Assembly: GCF_006345805.1 (NCBI RefSeq)
Contig: NC_042998.1
Span: 96,286,001-96,350,000 of the forward strand
Direction of reading: 5' to 3'
Length of the DNA: 64,000 bases
Source: Octopus sinensis
Lineage: Eukaryota
Part shown: positions 1 through 10,464 of the stretch, one piece after another
Layout: each line of letters opens with the position of its first letter
Numbering within the stretch: position 1 is the stretch's first letter
Translations under genes and position numbers: made by a program
The notes under the pieces: generated by a model
Databases searched by the model: none
Told to the model about the DNA's origin: nothing
The model's input: only the letters and a program-made list of their open reading frames with translations

Positions 1-189
1 TTATAATCTCATAACATCGTTTTCGTTCTACCATTTCTCTTTCTTCATCTCTTTCTTTTCTTCTGTCGTTTTCGCTTTTTTTCCAAAATCTCATTTACAG
101 CGATTTGTTTCTTCCTCGTTTCCTATTTTTCTTTCATTCCCACTCTCTCTGCTTGTTTGTTTATCCGTTTGTTTCTTGCTGTTTCTTCT

Positions 190-190
190 G

Positions 191-261
<71 letters not shown>

Positions 262-353
262 GTCTATCTATCTATCTATCTGTCTGTCTGTCTGTCTGTC
301 TGTCTATGTGTATGATTTGGGCCCATCCCTATCTCTTCGTCTCTCTCTCTCTC

Positions 354-384
<31 letters not shown>

Positions 385-452
385 CCCTCTCTCTCTCTCT
401 CTCACTCTCTCCACACTCGCACACACATATATATACACACACACACACACAC
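190..452. repeat. Compound microsatellite (TCTA)n/(TCTG)n/(CT)n/(CA)n
   Basis: Directly visible; accounts for the low-complexity ORFs at 105-617. Confidence 0.95.
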
Positions 453-834
453 AGATAAGATGCATCCATATCCGTAAATGAAAGAAAAATATACACAGAA
501 ACAATTTGGAGAGAAAGAGAGAGGGGGAGGAGGGAGGGAGAAGGAGCGAATATGACGGAGAATTAGAGACAGGAGCGAAAGATCGTAAAAAAAAATCGTT
601 CTACCATCATCCATCAATATTATAATAACATTATTATTAACCAGATTACAGACACCTCATCATTTCAGCATCAACAACTATAGCAACTACTACTACTACT
701 ACTACTACTACTAGGAATTACAATGCCACCATTTCATCCGCTTAAAAGCTCCATACTAATCAAAACAAGTTCAACAGCAAACTAGATGAAACTTGCCCAA
801 AATGTGTTGGTCTAATATTCAGCCAAACATTGTC

Positions 835-1020
835 CTTTTACCTGTTAGAAATAGCAACTACTTACATTCTACTGCTTAAAATTAAAAAAAAAAAACGGAA
901 GAACACATTGAATGGTGTGTTTCTAGATGCAGTTTGTTTGAAATTTCGATGTGTTGGTCGTGGCTGAAAAACTTTTGATTATTTTTAGATTTGCACTCTC
1001 GGGGCTAATGGCGACAAAGA
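835..1020 (+). repeat. Degenerate copy of an interspersed repeat family (motif CTGCTAGAAATAGCAGCCAAATCTCCCTCAAATCACA); further copies near 17270-17470(-), 21320-21600(-), 22150-22240(-), 48095-48230(+), 53440-53590, 58240-58395(+)
   Basis: Shared motif recurs across the window, often ending in (CAA)n; class uncertain, probably a SINE tail. Confidence 0.55.
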
Positions 1021-1036
1021 TGGCATAGCTAAGAGC

Positions 1037-1410
1037 TTACTCTTTTACTTGTTTCAGTCATTTGACTGCGGCTATGCTGGAGCACCGCCTTTAGTCGAGG
1101 AAATTGGCCCCAGGACTTATTCTATCGGTCTCTTTTTGCCGAACCGCTAAGTTACGGGGACGTAAACACATCAGCATCGGTTGTCAAGCGATGTTGGGGT
1201 GGACACAGACAAACACCCCCCCACACACACACATATATATATATATATATACGACGGGCTTCTTTCAGTTTCCGTCTACCAAATCCACTCACAAGGCTTT
1301 GGTCGGCCCGAGTTTATAGTAGAAGACACACGCCCAAGGTGCCACGCAGTGGAATTGAACCCGGAACCATGTGGTTGGTAAGCAAGCTACTTACCACACA
1401 GCCACTCCTA
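1037..1410 (-). mobile_element. tRNA-derived SINE, family A (most abundant in window)
   Basis: Minus-strand head GGAGTGGCTGTGTGGTAAG...GGTTCAATTCC (A/B-box-like), central (TA/TG)n, tail ending AAGTAAAAGAGTA; closely similar to more than 12 other copies. Confidence 0.9.
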
Positions 1411-2368
1411 TAAATTATCTTTCAACCTCGTTAATTATCTTTCAACCACTTGAAGTACTTTTATTTATCAGCAAATTATTTTTTAAAAATATAGTTCTGC
1501 ATACTGTTGATGAAAATCACATTCATTTGTTTCTAGAAATTAATAACAAAGAAGTTGCATCACTGTAGAAAATTTGATAAAATAATCTGATAAAATTTTG
1601 GAATACTTTAAGTGGTTGGAAGAAACTTATCAAGATCTCATTAGCTTTCTTGTATGGATAACGATGATTTCAGACTAGAGAGAAGGGAAGCGTAACAAGA
1701 GTACTGAGTCTCTATGGTGGTTTTCAAAACACTAGATCCTAATCATAGGATAGGGCTATATGGGGGCAGGACCTATATGAAGTGGGTGAATGGGGTTAAT
1801 CTATGTATATATGGGTGATTTATGCCGGCCTACCTCCTTCCCTCCTCCCCTCCGCTCTCTCCCTCCGTTCTCTCCCTCCGTTCTCTTCCTCCGCTCTCTT
1901 TCTCCGCTCTCTCTATCTCCCATTCCCTTCCTCGTGTTTGTGTGTGCGCGATCACAATCTCACACATCCACAAAATTGATCAGAAGTCCGTATAGCAAGG
2001 TCGGACCAATGACTGCTGAGATCTTCCCCGTAAAGAGGAAAAAATAAAATAAAATAAAGAAATTACTGTTCTTTTGAACTTTGAGAAGATTCGTCCGCCC
2101 ATCTTCTCAGGACCCAAAAGCAGTCTTGTTCGCACTGACCCAAATTTCTCACGGACGCCCTGCCCTGAGAGCACAAAATCAGCAATGACAGATTAGCAGA
2201 TGAAAAAAAGGGTTATCTCTACAACTGGGATTGTTGTATCCATAAAATCATCATTGATTGTGTAGAGTGATCCTCTCATTCTCTCTCTCTCTCTCTCTCT
2301 CTCCCCCCCTCTTTCCCTCTCTCTCACTCTCTCCGTCTTTCTCTCTTAATATCTCTCTCTATATATAT

Positions 2369-2616
2369 ACTCTCTTTTACTTGTTTCAGTCATTTGACTA
2401 TGGCCATGCTGAAGCACCGCCTTTAGTCGAGCAAATCGACACACATATGTACGACGGGCTTCTTTCAGTTTTCGTCTATCAAATCCACTCACAAGGCTTT
2501 GGTCGGCCCGAGGCTATAGTAGAAGACACTTGCCCAAGGTGCCACGCAGTGGGACTGAACCCGGAACCATGTGGTTGGTAAGCAAGATACTTACCACACA
2601 GCCACTCCTACGCCTA
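2369..2616 (-). mobile_element. SINE family A, internally deleted
   Basis: Head and tail match 1037-1410, central part missing. Confidence 0.85.
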
Positions 2617-2630
2617 TATATATATATACA

Positions 2631-3337
2631 CTTTATTAATAAAGCTGCAAAGGCATCACAAAAACTGTTACTCAGAATTTCATGTTCCTGTTTGTCGAAT
2701 AGTTTTGGTTGAGAATGGTTACATATAAGGTTATATGTATAAATATACAATTACGTTAATTGATATACATTTGAAATTGGTTATATGAAATTAAAATTAC
2801 GAACAAGAGCACTTAGAGAGCGCAAACTTCCGCCAATGCAGCACCAACGTCCTCTCAACGATTAACCAGAGATGCTTTTTAAAATGAGAATATCTGAAAT
2901 GAACTCGACTGCTCTCACAAACGAGAATACTAAAAATGAACCCGACCGTTCTCAAAAGTTAAGTAAAAAAGCAGGAAAAAATAATCCAGAATCCTTGTCC
3001 TGTACCGAATGGACCCCAAAATCAGTTCGTGCCAGTCACGAGGCCAACCAAACATCCTTGAAAGTTTCATCGAAATCCATCCAGTGGTTCTCGAGATATC
3101 CTGTCCGCGGACAAACAAACAAACTAATAGACAATATAACCGATTATTGAAAAGACCGTTAGCTGAAAGGTACCAATGAAACAAAACCAATTTCAAATGT
3201 GTATTTATCAAGGTAATTGTATATTTATACATGTAACCTTTCTTTTTGTTCCATTCTCAACCAAAACTATCCCACGAACGGGAACGTGAAACTCTGAGTA
3301 ACAGTTTTTGTGATGTCTTTACTGCTTTATTAATAAG
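2631..3337. mobile_element. Inverted pair of ~150 bp repeats (2631-2782 / 3185-3337), each with a degenerate hammerhead motif; probable Penelope-like pseudo-LTR remnants
   Basis: Arms are diverged reverse complements. Right arm 3263-3308 reads AAAACTAT-CCCACGA-ACG GGAA CGT-GAAAC-TCTGA-GTA-ACAGTTTT. Confidence 0.7.
2802..3145. mobile_element. Helentron-associated (HINE/DINE-1-like) non-autonomous element between the inverted arms
   Basis: Starts AACAAGAGCACTTAGAGAGCGCAAACTTCCGCC and contains AAAGTTTCATCGAAATCCATCCAGTGGTTCTCGAGATATC followed by (ACAA)n, the layout of these elements. Confidence 0.55.
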
Positions 3338-3412
3338 TCATATTACTCTACCTCCGGTATTCGAGTACTATTTTTTTCCATCTTGCTTCGCAGTTATATG
3401 CTTACTCTTATA

Positions 3413-3844
3413 CAGGGAGCGATGAGTGAATCGTCGCCATTTTATACTTTTAATTTCGCGCATGCGGCTGGTGTTTTTGACTACACAGTATTGTAGGGTT
3501 AGTTGGGCACTGTCTGTGAGAAAAACCACACAATGACGCAATGCACTCAGAAATTTGGAAACGACATGCTGTACTGCTTGTCATTCGCACCAGAAGCTCC
3601 AATACGAACATGTACCGAGAGTGATAAAAAATCAAACATCCAGTCAACATCAAGGTCTTGCAGGAGATTCCGAAGTCGTCTGGAGGCCGTGGTTGAAGCC
3701 AATAGCGATTTTATTGAATACATTTACTCTTTAGTATTTCAAGATATTTTTATGTAATTTCGGTAAATATATCTGTTAAAATGAAATGTCAGTGTTCTTT
3801 TCATTTTTGCGTAATTTAGACAGCAGTTAATTCACCACACTCTG
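3413..3844 (+). mobile_element. Internal-deletion derivative of the maT-like Tc1/mariner at 61600-62878
   Basis: TA-flanked; CAGGGAGCGATG...CACTCTG termini; three blocks collinear with the long copy. Confidence 0.9.
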
Positions 3845-3852
3845 TATATATA

Positions 3853-4711
3853 TAACTTGTAGGCTCAGGCCAGGTCTAACTTTAATAGCATCACCTGGTG
3901 AAGTCTTTTAGTCATATATGGAGCACCATATATAACTCTAGCAAAGAGTTATTATTGTTGAAGACATATCCGGGTGTAGGAGGTTGGTCTGGGATTTTTT
4001 GAAGAAATTTGTCCAGTGAACTTTTGAATTTTATGGAATCCGTTTCCGTTTTGACGTATTATGGTATGATATTAAAGAGAGCTGGACTGATTGAGGTAAC
4101 GTAGTTGTGACGTAAAGTTATGTGTCCTGAGTTCGATTTTTGTAATGGGCAGATAGCACAGGGGCCAAGTCTTGGGTGGATTTTAAAACTGATGCCAACA
4201 TCATTTGTGCAATATTGATGGAATATTTTCCACATCATACAAATGATGTAGCGTTCCGGGGGACGTTGGAGAGAGTAGAGATTGAGTTTTTTTAGTCGAC
4301 CCCAATAGTCAATGCCTCTCATGCCGTCTGTCTTTCTTGTTATTGACCGCTGGAGTGCTTCCACTTTAATAATGAGTTGCTTCACATGGGAAGACCATAG
4401 TGAGCAACAATATTTAAGGTGGGGTCGGACAAAAGTAGAGTAGTGAAGGATGATGGTGTGGGCATCTCTAGACCTGAAAGTTCTCAGAATCCAAGGGCAC
4501 ATCTTGCGGGCCAACTCAACCTTGTTATTTACGTGGGAACTCCAGCTTAGATTGTTATCAACATTTACTCCAAGGTCTCTGGTATTGTTGGATGACACTA
4601 GGGAGTCATTCGAGGGAAGAGCATATGGATGTTTCAGAGTATCCACTTTTCCAAAGTGGATCAAATTGAACTTATCTTCATTTAGAACTATATTGCTTTT
4701 TCTCCGCCCAT

Positions 4712-4712
<1 letters not shown>
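3853..4712 (-). pseudogene. 5'-truncated CR1-clade LINE (RT C-terminal region plus 3' UTR)
   Basis: ORF 4059-4799 contains RDLGVNVDNNLSW, YSTFVRPHLKYC, RLKKLNLYSLQR; continues past a stop as FKSSLDKFLQKIPDQP. Confidence 0.92.
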
Positions 4713-4713
<1 letters not shown>

Positions 4714-4799
<86 letters not shown>

Positions 4800-5050
4800 A
4801 CACGGATATTATAGAGTAACAGTTATAAGTATTGATGTAATTGTTGAATTAACCGGATATAAGTATATATTTCTTTTATAAGTGACTATGATCTCTAGTA
4901 TTGAACTATCTAATGCAATTCATTTATTTAGTACCACTCCTTGCGCCAGTCCCACATCCTTGGTGTATGTATGTATGTATGTATGTATGTATGTATGTAT
5001 GTATGTATGTATGTATGTATGTATGCATGTATGTATGTACGTACGTATGT
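4714..5050. repeat. (AT)n at 4714-4797 and (TATG)n at 4963-5050
   Basis: Directly visible. Confidence 0.95.
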
Positions 5051-5894
5051 AATATGCGTATATTTGAATGTGTATATGTAAGTTGACTGCATAAAAGTTA
5101 CTTTAAGATTTGCACTGATCGACTAGACATTTCTAAAATGATATTTTAACAAAGAATTTTTCTTGAAATTACATTGAAAGGTACTTAGAACTTTATCTTT
5201 CTGCTAAGGTATAATTTATTTTCCGTGGTTCCATTTCGATCGAGTTATTATTTTCCTTTATGTAATATATCGAAATATTGTATCAATATGTACTTCAAAG
5301 ACTTAACGAATTATCATTGGATTGATCCTGTGGTATAGAGCTATTGATCATTCAATATCTCTTTCACTCTTTGATCTTTTATCTCTACACATCTCGAAGG
5401 TGGTAATATGGAACCAACTTCTTGTGGTGGAGGCAGGGACTGTGAGGATTTTAAAAATGGTTAAACAAATTGCTATGTTTAATAAAAGCAAGATGGTCTC
5501 TGCAACACCATGACGAAAGAAGGTTTGTACGGATAAAACTTTATTTTGTCGAATAAAATACCTTGTGATGTTTGTTGAGGTTCTTTACGTTCTACGTTCA
5601 AAATCCCACCGAAATCAACATTGTCTTTCATCCTTTCGGGGGTCGTCGTACAATTCAAGTACAAGGGTCAACAATATCAACTAATCACCTTCTCTTAAAT
5701 GGCTTTGCGCCTAAGTTAAATACAAATAATGGAGAATAGGGAAAGGAAAAACAAATTTCACGAATGTGTTTTTTGATGGGTGAAGCACTGGTATTTACTA
5801 GTTTGAGAAACTCAGCTTTTAAACTACCCTATCGCGAAATCTATGCTGAATCAAAGCTGACTTAGTGCTGACAGAAACCACCACAACGACGACA

Positions 5895-6255
5895 ACCATC
5901 GCTCATTCCGATATATTCTCTTCCAGCGTTTCACTGAGCTCTATTTTACGTTGTCTAAATAAACTATTGTTATATTTTGGCGTTTACCATTGAATCGACA
6001 GTTTATGATTACAATTACATTCGGGTTCCAGTTAGATCTTTGAAGCTTGTTTTATATTATATTTCTTCTGCAACTGTTGCTCCGACCTTGATAGTTCTTT
6101 GTTGTGGCTGGATGGGAAAATGTTCTCTGGTTGAATCTGAGAAATCCCTAGAAACATTTGGCATTAGTTATTTTAAGAACAAAGGGTTGAACGAACCATG
6201 TGTGTGTTTGCCAGTTTGGTTTGGTGATGCGATACTGCTGTTTGTGTCTGGTTAA
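5895..6255 (-). pseudogene. Decayed Penelope-like retroelement fragment (RT-endonuclease linker and GIY-YIG start)
   Basis: Manual minus-strand translation across frameshifts gives, in order, FNPLF, EHFP, RTIKV, CNC, CRFNGK, IVY, REYIGMS; this parallels the FNPPF..HFP..TVKVSY..CNC..CPLxG..VVY..YIG pattern of Penelope-like elements. Confidence 0.7.
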
Positions 6256-7151
6256 GAATTTAAACCTCCTTTAAACGGTTTCATTCCAAGGCGTCTTTGT
6301 AAATATAACCAGCTTAATTAAAAGTAGGGCCGAAAGGAAGATATATTATTCCCCTACTTATCTTACTAACTAAACGTTATACTAATTAATAATATGCCCT
6401 TACTTATATTACTAAATAAATATTAAATGGGTGGATGTCTTTGTTGTTATCTATCTATCTATCAATCTATCTATCTATCTATCTATCCTTTGTTTTATGT
6501 TAATTGTAGAAAAATAATTATTATGAGTCATTTTAAGGCTGAAATAATTAAAAGAGTTTATCAGGTCTTTACTATATCCAAGTCATTTGTACGGAGAATC
6601 ACTGCACTGATAGTCGCGCGCACACACACATATATAGAGAGAGAGGGAGAGAGGTATATTTGTATGTAAATCTAAGTGATTTGATCTGAGACAGTGTGTT
6701 GAAACGAAAACGATTACAGCGCAGAAAGCATGTTAGCCATTGAAAAACACACAAAGACTGTTAACTTCACTGAGACATTCATTATTTGTGATGTGTGTGT
6801 GTGTGTTGTGTGTCTGTGTGTGTGTGTGTTATAAAAAACGAATTCAGTTGTTAGCTTATCTAGAGTGCACAATTGTGCTAGTTCACAAAGCTCAACTACG
6901 TCATATCTCACCCATGCAGACATCGAATAAATCTTTGTCATTTTACATTGATATATCATTAAAGAGCATGCATACACATATATAATAATACATTGAAATA
7001 CATAAGCTGTTTGTGAAAAGGATATTAAATACACTCTTTGTTCGTTTGGTAGATTTTCTCACGTGAATTGACCTGTCGTTTAACCTAATCAACAAAGTGG
7101 AAACAAATCTACAGAAAACTAGAAACTTACTAACGTGTGGCCGTGAAGTAG

Positions 7152-7340
<189 letters not shown>

Positions 7341-7534
7341 ATATATAAATGCATTACTATATTATCAGTATCAGTAGTAACTATTGTTAATAATGGCATC
7401 AAGGCATCAAAGTTACAGCGGCGTTAGCTTCTCAAAACTGACACTTGGTTTAAAAAATATTCTATGGCCTTGAAGAGACTATAATGAACAACAAGTACTG
7501 AGAATCAAGTTCTGATGGACATCTTAATCTTTTA

Positions 7535-7866
7535 TCACAACGTGGAGCGTAGGGCATCAACAAGAGATCTATATCTGTCTGGATCCTTGGCAATAGATTG
7601 CAGCTGTCTCCGGGTATAGCCGCCTACCGCTACGTCCGTTTCTGTCGACCTTCACAACGTTGCTTTTGGCCTATTACGCTTGCGTTTCCTTTGAGTTATC
7701 TTCGAAGAATTTGCCTTATGATATTGGAAACAGATTGTGTCCCAGCTAATCCCCAATTCCTTCTCTTGATCTTGGTTTTGAAAGGTTCTTGGTTCGCCTG
7801 TTATTACAAGACTTTGTTTTTGAATGTCTTGCCATCCTACCCGAAAGATGTTTCGGAACTTCACTA
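7535..7866 (-). pseudogene. RTE-clade LINE 3' end fragment
   Basis: RNIFRVGWQD...QRKRKRNRPKATL*RS...LQSIAKDPDRYRSLVDALRS resembles the RTE ORF C-terminus (GKRKRGRPKxT..AQDR..W..LV..LC). Confidence 0.8.
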
Positions 7867-7883
7867 AATTATTATCTTAACTC

Positions 7884-8026
7884 ATACATACATACGTACG
7901 TACGTACATACATACATACATACATACATACATACATACATACATACATACATACATACATACATACATACATACATACATACATACATACATACATACA
8001 TACATACATACATACATACATACATG
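7884..8026. repeat. (CATA)n microsatellite
   Basis: Directly visible. Confidence 0.95.
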
Positions 8027-8815
8027 TATGATGGTTGCGACTCGATTTCGGGCAATGCCATCCCTTGATTGTTTTCTTAAAGCACACAGATGTGACTTTT
8101 CAGCCCTCCTAGGGACCTACACTCTTTTGCACAGATTTGCCGATGTGGTAGTGACGAGTATCTTTTGCAGCAGGTATCAAAATGTACTTTCCCAACTACT
8201 CAGACACGTGCCTTCATTCCATTATGGAATTTTTCATTGAGCGTTTTTCTTTTTTTGGTTATGGCCCGCCATACTAAGCAACACACAGCTGAAATGGTAA
8301 ATATCAAGCGATTCTTGTGCCTGAAACCTTTTAAAGTTAGTTGCACGGGGCCAATCCCACGCTCTAAGCAACGTATGCATCTTGTCTAAAAGAACTATTC
8401 TACAGTATTGGGTGCAGACAAAATACAGCTTTATATCAGAGTTTTCCTTCTTCCAGAGAGATGTCTAAGCAAAGACAAGGGGTCCTTGACTCCCAGCTAT
8501 TAAGATGGCCTCTGACTGTACTGAGTTCATCTATTCGTTGACAAGTTTTGATTTCCATCCCGCAGAGTGTCCAACAAACTCCACCACCCTTATATTCAGA
8601 CAAATAGACAGACAGACAGGCAGACAGAGACTTGCCCATAGATATATATCAAGAATACCATAATTCTTCCGAGTTTTACAACGTTAGCTGATAAAAATAT
8701 AAGTGGGTGGCTCAGATGCGAATCGAAAACTTGACATTCATGCTTTACGAGCGCGAGACACGGTCTCCTACGAATGTACTTCTAGCGTGCGTACACCCCA
8801 CTCCCATACATGGTC

Positions 8816-8987
8816 TGTATAATATGTGTATGTACCCCGCCTCATATATGTGTATATATATACATATATATATACACCCTGGTGAACATGGTATATAGGT
8901 ATAATCTACTGCTATCTCGCCCTATGTACTATGTAATAAATAAAGACGTCTAAGTGTTGTAATACTGACACACCCAGAGTTATAACA
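8816..8987 (+). mobile_element. Possible short solo LTR
   Basis: TGTATAAT...TTATAACA termini, internal TATATA and AATAAA; no exact target-site duplication. Confidence 0.3.
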
Positions 8988-9127
8988 TGTCTGTGGAATT
9001 TCCTGGGAAACACTCTCCACTTTCATTCTCCCATTCAGGAGTTTCAGTTTGTATTATCCTTTATATGATGTTCCCTTCCTCTCTTTCTAATACACACGCA
9101 CGCACGCACACACGCACACACACACAC

Positions 9128-9163
<36 letters not shown>

Positions 9164-9258
9164 CTTCCTTTATCCTCTGTCTCTATTTTTTCTGCCTATT
9201 CATATATAATTCCTCATTGTCTCTCTCTCTGCCTTTCTCAACCTGGGCACATGCGCGT

Positions 9259-9299
<41 letters not shown>

Positions 9300-9491
9300 A
9301 ACAAACAAACAAACAAACGTCGATACTTGCAGAACGAATGAAATAAACAATACGCAATACATGTTTGTGTGCATATATAATAGGTATGGGTGTATATGTA
9401 CGTATGTAATACTAACGGATTGTTTTTATTTTATGGTTCCAAGTCAACCATACAATGAGTATCAACCATGATGCGTATGTAGTTGACCGAA

Positions 9492-9768
9492 CAAGGCTTT
9501 GGTCGGCCCGAGGCTATAGTAGTAAAAACTTGATGAAGGTGCCACGCAGTGGGACTGAACCCGGAACGATGTGGTTGGTAAGCAAGCTACTATATTTTAT
9601 TAAATTTGTCATAAAGACAGTACAAAGAGTAAGGTAGCTTTGCGGGCTGGACAAGACATTAATGAAATGAATGATAACGATATAAGGATGATAAGGATGG
9701 GAGAAGACAGACAGCGCCCGGCGACCCTCTGCTTCTCTACAACACTTACCACACAGCCATTCCTGCGC
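9492..9768 (-). mobile_element. SINE A head region split by a ~150 bp insertion (9591-9742)
   Basis: AGCAAGCTAC resumes as ACTTACCACACAGCC after unrelated sequence. Confidence 0.8.
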
Positions 9769-9855
9769 TTAGATGAAAGTATTTTGGGGATTTTTAAAAT
9801 TTGTTATTTCATTGTTTATTTGCTTGATGTTGAGTGACTGTTCATGTTGTTTTCA

Positions 9856-10028
9856 GGCGTAGGAGTGGCTGTGTGGTAAGTAGCTTGCTAACCAAACACA
9901 TGGTTCCGGGTTCAGTACCACTGCGTAGTATCTTGGGCAAGTGTCTTCTGATATAGCCCCGGGCCGACCAATGCCTTGTGAGTGGATTTGGTAGACGGAA
10001 ACTGAAAGAAGCCTGTCGTATATATATG

Positions 10029-10094
<66 letters not shown>

Positions 10095-10318
10095 GTGTGT
10101 GTATGTGTTTGTGTGTCTGTGTTTGTCCCCCTAGCATTGCTTGACAACCGATGCTGGTGTGTTTACGTCGCCGTCATTAGCGGTTCGGCAAAAGAGACCG
10201 ATAGAATAAGTACTGGGCTTACAAAGAATAAGTCCAGGGGTCGATTTGTTCGACTAAAAGGCGGTGCTCCAGCATGGCCGCAGTCAAATGACTGAAACAA
10301 GTAAAAGAGTAAAAGAGT
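9856..10318 (+). mobile_element. SINE family A, full length
   Basis: GGCGTAGGAGTGGCTGTGTGGTAAG head to (GTAAAAGA)n tail; CpGs largely retained. Confidence 0.92.
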
Positions 10319-10429
10319 ATATCTGCGACGCATGGAGTTTAAATGTAACTGTATATTCTTAACAGTTTTAACTCATCACTAAGTTTGTCTGTCTGTGGGT
10401 GTATATGTGTCTGGGAGTGTTTCGCGTGT

Positions 10430-10464
<35 letters not shown>

